A DNA stretch of 64,000 bases from Eledone cirrhosa (lineage: Eukaryota). Position numbers and translations under genes: made by a program. Location of the stretch: NCBI GenBank assembly GCA_964016885.1, contig OZ024759.1, positions 8,308,001-8,372,000 on the forward strand, given 5' to 3'. Shown one piece after another: positions 44,964 through 58,966 of the stretch. The notes under the pieces are model-generated. The model was not told the DNA's origin, made no database searches, and was given only the letters and a program-made list of their open reading frames with translations. Positions within the stretch are counted from its first letter, which is position 1, and each line of letters starts with the position of its first letter.

Positions 44964-46289
44964 TACATATACACATATATATACATACATATATACATAC
45001 ATATACACATATATATATACATACATATATACATACATATACACATACATATATACATACATATCCACATATATATATACACATATATACATACATATAT
45101 ACATACATATACACATATATATTTACATACATATATACATACATATACACATATATATATATACATACATATATACATATACACACATATATATACATAT
45201 ATACATACATATACACATATATATACATACATATATACATATACACATATATATACATACATATATACATATACACATATATATATACATACATATATAC
45301 ATATCCACATATATATATATATATATATACATACATATATACATATACACATATATATATACATACATATATACATATACACATGTATATATATACATAC
45401 ATATATACATATATACACACATATATATATACATACATATATACATATACACATATATATATACATACATATATATATATACACACATATATATATATAC
45501 ATACACATATATATATATATACACATATATATACATACATATATACATATACACACATATATACATATATACATATACACATAATTATATACATACATAT
45601 ATACCTATACACATATATATATATATATATATACATACATATATATATATATACACATATACATACATATATACATACATATATACATACATATATACAC
45701 ATATATATATACATATATATATATACATATACACATATATATATACATACATATATACATACATACATATATACACATATATATACATATATATACATAT
45801 ACACATATATATATATATATATATACATATATACATATACACATATATATATATATATACATATATACATATACACATATATATATACATACATACATAT
45901 ACACATATATATATATATATATATATACATATATACATATACACATATATATATACATACATATATGATAGCTGCAACTCGATTTCTAGTAATACCGTCG
46001 ATGTTACCCACCGCCGGGTACTTGCCCCATGACCAACAATACCACATACCAGACAATGCCCGCCATTGAAGCTTTTTTAAGTGAGAAAAGTTTGGCACGG
46101 AGCCAATCCCACTCTCTGAATATTGAATACATTTGCCCAAAAAGAAGAACTGGTCTACGTCATTGAATGCAAACGAAGTCCCAGGTTTTATATCAGAGTG
46201 CCCTTCTCCTTGAGAGATGTCTTAATGAAGACTAGGGAGTGTCTCCCTCTACAAACAAACAAAAACATACATACATATATAAAAAAAGG

Positions 46290-46627
46290 GATAAAGATCC
46301 CATAACCCCTTCTGGAGTCTTAGAGGCACCATCATATGGCTTGTCTAGGGCACATTTAAACCTGGTGGAGCCCAGATAAAGATCCCATAACCCCTTCTGG
46401 AGTCTTAGAGGCACCATCATATGGCCTGTCTAGGGCACATTTAAACCTGGTGGAGCCCAGATAAAGATCCCATAACCCCTTCTGGAGTCTTAGAGGCACC
46501 ATCATATGGCCTGTCTAGGGCACATTTAAACCTGGTGGAGCCCAGATAAAGATCCCATAACCCCTTCTAGAGTCTTAGAGGCGCCATCATATGGCCTGTC
46601 TAGGGCACATTTAAACCTGGTGGAGCC
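46290..46627. repeat. 85-bp tandem repeat, 4 copies, next to a SINE A (46665-46830, -)
   Basis: Period 46290-46375. Confidence 0.92.
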
Positions 46628-47242
46628 AAACCCTCTCCAGGTCTGAACACAGCCGATGGTTTCTATAGAGGAAGAATTGACCCCAGTACTAGACTGGTAC
46701 TTGTTTATCGACCGCGAAAGGTGAAAGGCAAAGTTGACCCTGGCGGGATTTGAACTCACAGCACGCAATGGGGGGGACAAATACCGTGAAGCATTCTATC
46801 AGACGTCTTTACAACTCTGCCAATACACCGCTTTACATATATACACGCACACATATGCAGGTATATATATACGCATACAGGTATACACAGAGAAAGACGA
46901 ATACATACACACATACAGATATAGATTGACAGGAAACAATGCACCGTACACAAAATAGACTTACCTGGATGGTGGTGGGTGGGCATGGATGGAGAGAAAT
47001 CTGATCCGTGGTCATGTTCAGATCATTGTCAAAGGTGGTGAGAGGGTTTAATCTCCCTTTTAAAAGTGAAATATTATCTTCTACAAGTTTATTTCAGCGA
47101 CTTAGCAGCGCCTATTCCCATAATCACCCTCAACACCAACTCCACCACCACCACCACCAACTCCACCACCACCACCACCACCACCACCACCACCACCACC
47201 AACTCCACCAACAACAACAACAACAACAACACCACCACCACC

Positions 47243-47273
<31 letters not shown>

Positions 47274-47401
47274 CCAACAACAACAACAACAGCAACACCC
47301 TATGAGAAGAGCATGCATTGGGTAATATATCTGTGTTTGTATGTCATTTGATGCCGTTACACACACGCACACACGCACACACACAGACACGCACACACGC
47401 G

Positions 47402-47433
<32 letters not shown>

Positions 47434-47439
47434 CACACA

Positions 47440-47471
<32 letters not shown>

Positions 47472-47598
47472 CACACACACACACGCGCGCACGCACACAC
47501 ACACACGCACACACGCACACACGCACACACAGACACGCGCACACGCAGGCACACGCACACACACACGCACACGCACACACGCACACACGCACACGCAC

Positions 47599-47630
<32 letters not shown>

Positions 47631-47971
47631 GCACACACATATACATGTGTCCATGTGTGAGCGTGTAGGGATTAGAATATCCGAATGTGTGAAGAGACGT
47701 CGATTTGCGAGAAGAGTTGTAATGTGAATTATATCTCCTGCCCCAAATAGACATTTATTACAAGTGTTTTCTCCATTTAAAAGTCTGAAAGAAGGAAAAT
47801 TTAAACAACTTTGTTTCCCTCTATAATAACATTTGTGACGTGGCACAGTCTTATTAGTTGTGCTTATAAAATGAAATACATCATGTATGGCAACAGAAGC
47901 TAATATTGTCCGAAACATAAAACCAAATCCTGTGAAGATTTTGATATATATTTTAATGTATATACATACAT

Positions 47972-48592
47972 GGTGGCTTGGCTTGGCTGCCAACTCGTTT
48001 TCGCGTACGGCCACTACTTTATATCCATGTAGGGGAACCCCTACCGATGCGCTGAACTACTGTGACTTTTTAGTCCAGGCAGCGACTTGAAAATTCTGGT
48101 ACAAACACTACACTTGTGACAATTATTGACACATAGTGCTGGGCCCATGGTACCATGTGACGACAAGTGCAGAGAGATCTCCAGATATAAAGCAATGCCT
48201 GTGCCGTGAAGCTTTTATAGTGAGCAAAGGCACTGCACAAAGCCAGTCCCACTCTCTTAACCAAGATGATATTTACCAAAAAGAAGAACAAGTCAACATC
48301 ATTGGATACCATCAGGGTTGCAGGTGTTATATCAGAGTTTTCCTTCTCCTAGAATTCTGCCTTGACAAAGGCTAAGGGGTCATCTCTCCCGGTGATTTTG
48401 GATGGCCATTGACTCTTAAGAGCTCCTTTGCCCTTTGACAGGTTTTGTTTTTAGTCCTGCAGGATGTCCAAAGTCACCCTCCTCACCAAGAAACCTTGGT
48501 GGGGTTGTCAGTTTAGTCGCCAACGACCCGACCATGAGACAGGTTGTACTGGGATACATGTTACCAGTAGCACCAGCTGGGGACCTGACATA
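47972..48592 (+). mobile_element. Family C element, apparently complete (~620 bp), bounded by ATAC repeats
   Basis: Starts after ATACATACAT and ends in (ATAC)n; diverged relatives at ~45968-46260 and ~48785-48865. Confidence 0.65.
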
Positions 48593-48657
48593 ATACATAC
48601 ATACATACATACATACATACATACATACATACATACATACATACATACATACATACA

Positions 48658-48690
<33 letters not shown>

Positions 48691-48889
48691 GTTGATGACT
48701 GCCCTCTTTATCGAGTATGGCCATAAAAACAATTATTATATGGCATGATATAACATTATTAATAATCATTAATTAATGCTATCGTGCAATGCCCGTGCGT
48801 GAGGAATTCTTAATTTTTTAGGTGAGGAAAGACTATGCACTGAGCCAATCCCACTCTCTGAGCAACAGTAGCTATAACCCGAAAAGATC

Positions 48890-49830
48890 ATCATAGGTAA
48901 CTACTGGTCTGTTATGCCTGCATTTTATTTGGGTTTTTACTGGAACATTCCACCAGTACTCTTTCATATTATGTACATGGATGTCTTCCACATTGCTGTA
49001 GCTTTTAATGTGTTTATTATCGAGGCTATCTTTTTTATGGATTGCATTGTACAGTGTTTTGGCCACTACATCATGCCTCATAGGTAGATAGTACCGCGAT
49101 GACATCTTTGGACAGCTGCTTATGACATGGGTAACATCTTCGATGTTAATTCTGCAGAGTCTGCGCTTGTCACATCTAGGTGTTTTGCCTGCATCCCTAT
49201 CACTTTTCTGAATCAGGTATTTTGTATCGATTTCCTGTGCTTGGATTGCAAAAGCGTATCCTTCAAAGTGGGAGCCAATATAGCGGTTGTTGGTCCAATA
49301 TAGACTACTTTCCTTATCTATATTACTCTCACTCTGGAGCTTCCTGGCAACATATCCATGCATGATTTTTTGCTGATAAGCATGCAGATACTGCTGAACG
49401 ACTTTCCTGGGTGTGACTTTTTGATTTGCACACAGGGAATATCTCTCGAGGAGTTCCTTCCCAACTCTCATGATCTTATCTGTTTCATGCAGATAGACTT
49501 GCTCGAGAGACGGGCTCCTACGCTTCGAGGTTCGTAGATTTTGTTGGAGAGATATGATGCGACATTCAAATGTTGTCTGGACTGATGTTAGGCCTCTGCC
49601 TCTCTGCTTACGTTTCAAGTAAAGGCGGTCTATGTCACTGTTGATGTGGAAGTTTCCGGTGTTTAGTAATTTTCGAGTTCCAACATCAACTGCTCGGATT
49701 TCGTTTATCGTCCAATTGAGTATTCCAAACGTTGGTGTTAGGACAGGCACAGCAAACACATTGTGAGCCACTGTTTTGTTTTGCGCAGAGAGTTCTGATG
49801 ACCATATTTGTCTTCTGTATGTACTTATGT
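48890..49830 (-). mobile_element. R4/Dong-like RLE non-LTR retrotransposon fragment (thumb, CCHC knuckle, start of endonuclease)
   Basis: RLYLKRKQRGRGL, RLC..EDVTHVISSC, MRHDVVAK, HNRP motifs. Confidence 0.82.
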
Positions 49831-50061
49831 ACTTATGTATGGGCCTAGCACTATGTGTCAATAATTGTCACAAGTGTAGTGTTTGTACCAGAGTTTTCAA
49901 GTCGCTGGCTAGACTAAAAAGTCACACTCGTTCAGCGCATCGGTAGGGGTTCTCCTACGTCGATATAAAGTAGTGGCCGTACTCGAAAACGAGTTGGCAG
50001 CCACCATGTATGTATGTATGTAGGTATGTATGTATATGTGTATGTATGTATGTATGTATGT

Positions 50062-50455
50062 TGTCTCTTTCTCTTAATTTCGAGTATATTTTTTTGACCG
50101 GCCACCTTCCTGGTGGCAAGGTTGTAAAAGAAAAGAAATTGTCATCCCTTGAATCGCAAGAATGTTTTGCAAATTTTGAAGGTGCCAGCTATCGCAGCCA
50201 TTTGTAGACTATGAATTAGGGAGCTGCGCTTTTTGTCCGCAAATCCAAGTTCAGTCATACTTTGGTCCAAGCGGGTTGGTATATAACCCGTAGCACCAAT
50301 AATGATGGGTATGAAGCTAAAGGTGTGTCTTGGATACTGGATTTGTAAACTCCTCATCAATGGTCCGTAGATGTCCTCCTTCTCCTGTATTTTTCTGACA
50401 ACGTTTACATCAAGTGGGCAGCTGATCTCCACAACAGAACACCTTTTCAATGTAA
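50062..50455 (-). mobile_element. 3' end of an R4/Dong-like element (RLE C-terminus and 3' UTR), flanked by (ATAC)n
   Basis: CSVVEISCPLD..KEDIY..IPIIIGATG..LQMAAI. Confidence 0.8.
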
Positions 50456-50625
50456 TGTATGTATGTATGTATGTATGTATGTATGTATGTATGTATGTAT
50501 GTATGTATGTATGTATGTATGTATGTATGTATGTATGTATGTATGTATGTATGTATGTATGTATGTATGTATGTATGTATGTATGTATGTATGTATGTAT
50601 GTATGTATGTATGTATGTATGTATG

Positions 50626-50657
<32 letters not shown>

Positions 50658-50727
50658 TGTATGTATGTATGTATGTATGTATGTATGTATGTATGTATGT
50701 ATGTATGTATGTATGTATGTATGTATG

Positions 50728-50761
<34 letters not shown>

Positions 50762-50878
50762 TGTATGTATGTATGTATGTATGTATGTATGTATGTATGT
50801 ATGTATGTATGTATGTATGTATGTGTAGATGGAGCCGTGGCAGCGCCATAATGGCATACGGTGTATCGCTTATAACCT

Positions 50879-53634
50879 GGCGGAGTCCATCTCCTAGTCA
50901 GGTGTGAACACAGGCGGAGTCCATCTCCTAGTCAGGTGTGAACACAGGCGGAGTCCATCTCCTAGCCAGGTGTGAACACAGGCGGAGTCCATCTCCTAGC
51001 CAGGTGTGAACACAGGCGGAGTCCATCTCCTAGTCAGGTGTCAACACAGGCGGAGTCCATCTCCTAGCCAGTAGTGAACACAGGCGGAGTCCATCTCCTA
51101 GCCAGGTGTGAACACAGGCGGAGTCCATCTCCTAGTCAGGAGTGAACACAGGCGGAGTCCATCTCCTAGCCAGGTGTGAACACAGGCGGAGTCCATCTCC
51201 TAGTCAGGAGTGAAAACAGGCGGAGTCCATCTCCTAGCCAGGAGTGAACACAGGCGGAGTCCATCTCCTAGTCAGGAGTGAACACAGGCGGAGTCCATCT
51301 CCTAGCCAGGTGTGAACACAGGCGGAGTCCATCTCCTAGTCAGGAGTGAACACAGGCGGAGTCCATCTCCTAGCCAGGTGTGAACACAGGCGGAGTCCAT
51401 CTCCTAGTCAGGAGTGAACACAGGCGGAGTCCATCTCCTAGCCAGGAGTGAACACAGGCGGAGTCCATCTCCTAGTCAGGAGTGAACACAGGCGGAGTCC
51501 ATCTCCTAGCCAGGTGTGAACACAGGCGGAGTCCATCTCCTAGCCAGGTGTGAACACAGGCGGAGTCCATCTCCTAGTCAGGAGTGAACACAGGCGGAGT
51601 CCATCTCCTAGCCAGGAGTGAACACAGGCGGAGTCCATCTCCTAGCCAGGTGTCAACACAGGCGGAGTCCATCTCCTAGTCAGGTGTCAACACAGGCGGA
51701 GTCCATCTCCTAGCCAGGTGTGAACACAGGCGGAGTCCATCTCCTAGCCAGGAGTGAACACAGGCGGAGTCCATCTCCTAGCCAGGTGTGAACACAGGCG
51801 GAGTCCATCTCCTAGCCAGGTGTGAACACAGGCGGAGTCCATCTCCTAGTCAGGTGTGAACACAGGCGGAGTCCATCTCCTAGTCAGGTGTCAACACAGG
51901 CGGAGTCCATCTCCTAGTCAGGTGTCAACACAGGCGGAGTCCATCTCCTAGTCAGGTGTCAACACAGGCGGAGTCCATCTCCTAGCCAGGAGTGAACACA
52001 GGCGGAGTCCATCTCCTAGCCACAAGTGAACACAGGCGGAGTCCATCTCCTAGCCAGGTGTGAACACAGGCGGAGTCCATCTCCTAGCCAGGAGTGAACA
52101 CAGGCGGAGTCCATCTCCTAGTCAGGTGTCAACACAGGCGGAGTCCATCTCCTAGCCAGGTGTGAACACAGGCGGAGTCCATCTCCTAGTCAGGTGTGAA
52201 CACAGGCGGAGTCCATCTCCTAGTCAGGAGTGAACACAGGCGGAGTCCATCTCCTAGTCAGGTGTGAACACAGGCGGAGTCCATCTCCTAGCCAGGAGTG
52301 AACACAGGCGGAGTCCATCTCCTAGCCAGGTGTGAACACAGGCGGAGTCCATCTCCTAGCCAGGAGTGAACACAGGCGGAGTCCATCTCCTAGCCAGGTG
52401 TGAACACAGGCGGAGTCCATCTCCTAGCCAGGTGTGAACACAGGCGGAGTCCATCTCCTAGCCAGGAGTGAACACAGGCGGAGTCCATCTCCTAGTCAGG
52501 TGTGAACACAGGCGGAGTCCATCTCCTAGCCAGGTGTGAACACAGGCGGAGTCCATCTCCTAGTCAGGAGTGAACACAGGCGGAGTCCATCTCCTAGCCA
52601 GGAGTGAACACAGGCGGAGTCCATCTCCTAGCCAGGTGTGAACATAGGCGGAGTCCATCTCCTAGCCAGGTGTGAACACAGGCGGAGTCCATCTCCTAGC
52701 CAGGTGTGAACACAGGCGGAGTCCATCTCCTAGCCAGGTGTGAACATAGGCGGAGTCCATCTCCTAGCCAGGTGTGAACACAGGCGGAGTCCATCTCCTA
52801 GTCAGGTGTGAACACAGGCGGAGTCCATCTCCTAGCCAGGAGTGAACACAGGCGGAGTCCATCTCCTAGCCAGGTGTGAACACAGGCGGAGTCCATCTCC
52901 TAGTCAGGTGTGAACACAGGCGGAGTCCATCTCCTAGCCAGGTGTGAACACAGGCGGAGTCCATCTCCTAGTCAGGTGTGAACACAGGCGGAGTCCATCT
53001 CCTAGCCAGGTGTGAACACAGGCGGAGTCCATCTCCTAGCCACAAGTGAACACAGGCGGAGTCCATCTCCTAGCCAGGTGTGAACACAGGCGGAGTCCAT
53101 CTCCTAGCCACAAGTGAACACAGGCGGAGTCCATCTCCTAGCCAGGTGTGAACACAGGCGGAGTCCATCTCCTAGTCAGGTGTCAACACAGGCGGAGTCC
53201 ATCTCCTAGTCAGGTGTGAACACAGGCGGAGTCCATCTCCTAGTCAGGTGTGAACACAGGCGGAGTCCATCTCCTAGCCACAAGTGAACACAGGCGGAGT
53301 CCATCTCCTAGCCAGGAGTGAACACAGGCGGAGTCCATCTCCTAGCCAGGAGTGAACACAGGCGGAGTCCATCTCCTAGCCAGGTGTGAACACAGGCGGA
53401 GTCCATCTCCTAGCCACAAGTGAACACAGGCGGAGTCCATCTCCTAGCCAGGTGTGAACACAGGCGGAGTCCATCTCCTAGCCAGGAGTGAACACAGGCG
53501 GAGTCCATCTCCTAGCCAGGTGTGAACACAGGCGGAGTCCATCTCCTAGCCACAAGTGAACACAGGCGGAGTCCATCTCCTAGCCAGGTGTGAACACAGG
53601 CGGAGTCCATCTCCTAGTCAGGTGTCAACACAGC
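50879..53634. repeat. 34-bp tandem array (~81 copies) GGCGGAGTCCATCTCCTAG(C/T)CAGG(T/A)GTGAACACA
   Basis: Period 50881-50915; followed by a diverged SINE A central block at 53690-53760 (-). Confidence 0.97.
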
Positions 53635-54059
53635 CGGTTTCTTGCAGATAAAAAGAGAAGAGAAGTAAGAAAGAGATATAGAGGACAACTCGACTGGTTT
53701 TTATTGACCGCGAAAAGATGAAAGGAAAAGTTGACATCGACAAGATTTGGATAGCACAGAGAGCCAGAATGAACCCCCACCCTGCACCCTAACCTACACA
53801 CATTCACTACAAGGTATATTGTTATCCATCTTAATCCTGAACGTAACATTTAAAGTAAGAGAAGTTCATGACACCAGCTTCTACATCTAGATGATGCTCC
53901 ATAAATCTCAAACAATACTTTATAAATACTCCTCCCATCATCAACTAGATTAACTATATCACACAAGATACATTACAAGCTTTCATACTCATTTAGAAAT
54001 GTCTGTGTGTCATATCAATGTTTATTGTTTTATGTATATTGTGTATAATGTATACACGG

Positions 54060-54125
<66 letters not shown>

Positions 54126-54229
54126 TTATTTATTAAAATAACACATTAAAGTTTAAGCAAAGAATCTCTGCTTTCACCCTTAACGGGATCTTCTGAAACT
54201 AACCAATTCGGGAGAAATCATCAGAAAAG

Positions 54230-54280
54230 GGTTTTCTGATGATTTCCTCCAAATGAAACAGTTCTAGTCCTGTAGAAGCC
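54230..54280 (+). ncRNA. Hammerhead ribozyme
   Basis: ggtttt-CUGAUGA-uuuccuccaaau-GAAA-cag uucuaguc cug-UA-gaagcc; weak helix II. Confidence 0.7.
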
Positions 54281-54285
54281 GTTAG

Positions 54286-54323
<38 letters not shown>

Positions 54324-54510
54324 CGAAGGAAATGTGGTAAGGAACCAGGTGGACCATAACGCACCAAAGTACTCAATACTTAGGGTAGTAGAGTGGGTAA
54401 TAGGAACGAGTAGGACCCCGATGGCTGAGCTCAAGCCGTTTCGACGGCTAATTCAGTCCAGAATTAGCCGTCGAAACGGCTTGAGCTCAGCCGTCGGGGT
54501 CCTACTCGTT

Positions 54511-54561
<51 letters not shown>

Positions 54562-54563
<2 letters not shown>

Positions 54564-54862
54564 CCAAAGATTAATATGGTTCGTTGATTATCTAACGAAT
54601 ACAATATCACAAGAGATTAGAAGCACTCAACAAAAGATTTTCCTGGAGTATTTAATATTATTCAAAATATTAATAAATGAAAAATATTCTCACAATCAAA
54701 ATATATATTTTATTATACATATTTCAAAGGTACAATGGTGTTTAAGTACGTTTTCATTAGATAAAATATAAGATTTGATATGTGATAAAAACGTACTTAA
54801 ACACCATTGTACCTTTGAAATATGTATAATAAAATATATATTTTGATTATGAGAATATTTTG
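54562..54862. mobile_element. Palindromic Penelope-like element; hammerhead at 54706-54768 (-) with core mutation CUAAUGA
   Basis: Arms ~54682-54754 / ~54787-54860; related to the 21283 family. Confidence 0.75.
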
Positions 54863-54888
54863 AATAATATATATATATATATATATAT

Positions 54889-55409
54889 GTAGATAAATCT
54901 ACCAAGAGTTTACGGTAGTGTCCAATCCGTATGAAGAACTCAATGTATTCCGGATATCATGGAAAGAAGAAATGTAATGAAAAATCACTTTCGGTGAAAG
55001 ATAAACGGTATACAGAGTCAAGATAAAATATTAAACAAATAATGAATAAACAATTCCTTATATTAAACAAAAAAAGTTCATTATTTAACGATCGTTTCTA
55101 GGATATATATGTGTTAGAGTTGGCATGCATATTCAACAGATCTATGTACAAAATTATACAAAATTATACAAACTATCAAGATTAAATATACATACCAACA
55201 CATATATACGCCGTCTATATGTGAAGACGGCGTATATATGTGTTGGTATGTATATTTAATCTTGATAGTTTGTATAATTTTGTATAATTTTGTACATAGA
55301 TCTGTTGAATATGCATGCCAACTCTAACACATATATATCCTAGAAACGATCGTTAAATAATGAACTTTTTTTGTTTAATATAAGGAATTGTTTATTCATT
55401 ATTTGTTTA

Positions 55410-55418
<9 letters not shown>
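54889..55418. mobile_element. Young palindrome: ~194-bp arms (55023-55216 / 55225-55418), 8-nt spacer, left tail
   Basis: Arms appear to be exact reverse complements; (TA)n flanks. Confidence 0.85.
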
Positions 55419-55455
<37 letters not shown>

Positions 55456-55590
55456 TATACACTACGTTATGTAGACACGCTGCGTAAATAGATGCTTGTA
55501 TAAATTCATATAGACTTATACACACAAAAATTATGTAATACTATATACATACATATAAGAGAGATCGGTAATGAATGTACATGTGTACAC

Positions 55591-55637
<47 letters not shown>

Positions 55638-55666
55638 GATATACATATGCATATATATGTGTATAA

Positions 55667-55747
<81 letters not shown>

Positions 55748-55905
55748 CATATATATACATACACATACATATGCATATATATATATATATATATATACGT
55801 ATATATTTATATATAGAGACACATATATATGTATACATTTATGTATATATATATATATAAATATATGTATATATATATTTATATATAGAGACATATATAT
55901 ACATA

Positions 55906-56206
<301 letters not shown>

Positions 56207-56302
56207 GTAAGTATGTATGTATACGTACATACATATATGTATACAGACGTACAGTAGCATGCATATATATATATATATATATATACACATATGCATACAG
56301 GT

Positions 56303-56341
<39 letters not shown>

Positions 56342-56519
56342 TGCTACTGTACGTCTGTATACATATATGTATGTACGTATACATACATACTTACATTTAA
56401 GTAAGTGCCATACTAAGAGTGAGAAATGAAATTTCGTTTTCATTTTTTTTTCAACTTATATATATATATATTATACATATATATATATAAATATATGTAT
56501 ATATATATTTATATATAGA

Positions 56520-56594
<75 letters not shown>

Positions 56595-56605
56595 TTATAT
56601 AGAGA

Positions 56606-56702
<97 letters not shown>

Positions 56703-56726
56703 ATATATATATTTATATATAGAGAC

Positions 56727-56766
<40 letters not shown>

Positions 56767-56869
56767 ATTACATGTATATGTATGTATGTATATTCCAAAA
56801 ACTCATTTCAAAAGCGTGCTGCATTTTATTGTCACTTCTTCTTCTTCTTCTTCTTCTCAGTATTATTAC

Positions 56870-56914
<45 letters not shown>

Positions 56915-56919
56915 GGAGG

Positions 56920-57398
56920 TGAACGTCTTGTGTTTTTTGTATTCTTCGCTGTCAGTATTACAATTTCTCTGACGTCACACTATTGGTTCATCGAGTACAT
57001 GTTGTGAGTAAAGCCGGATGTTGGTGGCGCTGTCCTCGTCCACATTGTTGTTCTTTTTAATGCCCTTCCTTGTGCAGCTGCACTTCTTCTTCTTCTTGCT
57101 TTTACTATGTTTATTTGTTTTGTTTTTACTGTTGTTTTTTCAATTGGTTTCTAGATTGTTGTTTTTTCTTTGGCATTATTGTTGTTGTTGTTGTTGTTGT
57201 TGTTGTAGGTGTTGTTGTTGTTGTTGTTGTTGTTGTTGCTGTTGTAACTGTTGTTGTTGTTGTTGTTGTTGTAGGCGTTGTTGGTGTTGTTGTTGTAGCT
57301 CTTGTTGCTGTAGCTGTTGTTGTTGTTGTAGCTGTTGTTGTTGTTGTAGGCGTTGTTGGTGTTGTTGTTGTTGTTGTTGTTGTTGTAGACGTTGTAGG

Positions 57399-57431
<33 letters not shown>

Positions 57432-58238
57432 AGGCGTTGTTTCTGTTGACGACTTGTCAGTGTCGTAAGAGGCCCCAACTAGATATCTCTCACCATATAA
57501 TATGTTCCAATCCACCTCTCTCGGCATTTTCAATTCAAATCTCACCGATAGGGGGAGGGTCGGGTCAACTTCGCCTGAGATTCTTTTAAATGTGTGGGGG
57601 AGGGGAGGATTGGAGGGGGTGTCTGATGTTCGATAAATAAAGTCTTATTGCACTTACTCCTGCCAGGTTCAAAGTGACAGACACGTCTTCCAGAGGATCC
57701 TCTTTGAAGGAACCCTCTGCAGTTGACCCTGCCGGATCCCCTAGGGAGACCGACCAATCATCTTCCTCTTGCTGTCCTCTCGGTTTGTTTTTCTCGTAAA
57801 ATCTGTCCACCATTTTTTTTCCTTGGACATTCTAAACTCTTGTCCGTAGAACCGGAGTATGATTTCTCCATTGGCAGAAATAGTGGCTTTACCTGGAGTG
57901 ATAGGCTGATCTCTGAGGTATACACTCTATCGACTAACCTTACTCAAGGGATACTTGACTGTTATATCTAGCAGGTCGACCAGCCACGTAAATGTTCCCC
58001 CATACCTAAGGTAATGAACTCTGATGGTGGTCTTTCATATTTCTGTTTTGACAATTGGCAACAACTGTATGAGATATTCATGGAATGATGATAGATTTAA
58101 CATTCTCCCCGCCGTGTAATGCCAACTCTTATCTCGGAGAGTTAAAAACAACACATCTATTCTTTCCACCATCTTGTCTGTGTTTCCCTTGTACATATCT
58201 GCCAGTTGCTCTAACATATAACAAACTGGAATGGACAT
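56920..58238 (-). pseudogene. Decayed intronless reading frame of unknown family with a Thr-rich tract
   Basis: ORFs 58238-58035, 57813-57586 and 57545-57126 can be joined through 2 stops and 2 frameshifts in homopolymer runs; complex, non-repetitive amino-acid sequence. Confidence 0.4.
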
Positions 58239-58403
58239 TTACTCGATTCACAACGTAAATAACTTGTATTATTTTCCATCTCATCATCTTTCGTTAAAGA
58301 AGAGAAAAAAAGAAATATTTCAAGAGACAAAATATTTTTCTCCTTTCTTTAAACAAATATTCAACGTTAAGTCACTCTCATTGGCTAGAGGTTTTCTTTG
58401 CGT

Positions 58404-58478
<75 letters not shown>

Positions 58479-58727
58479 TGTGCTTCTGTGCGTGTGTGTG
58501 TGAATATATATGTATGTGTATGTTTGTGTGTAAGTATATAAATATATATATATATATGTATATATGCATATATATATATATTGTTATACTTTGGGAGGGT
58601 CATGTTGCTAAACAAATTCAGAATCGACATATATATATATATACATATATATACATACGTATATATATATATATGTATATATATATATGTATATACATAT
58701 ATATATATATATGTATGTATATAAATT

Positions 58728-58793
<66 letters not shown>

Positions 58794-58966
58794 GTATATG
58801 TGTGTGTGTGTGTGTGTTTGTGTGTGTGTACAGCTGTGTACCACCATTGCAATTCATTATTCAAATTCATATTAAACCACAAACGATCCTTCTGCTTTTT
58901 CCCAACACGTAAGCGACATTTTTCATATATTTGAACAAAACTATTTCACATTCAAAATCAATTTAG

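Noticed and set aside
47640-47960. Possible exon in unique sequence between microsatellites
   Set aside because: No recognisable domain, splice context or partner exons
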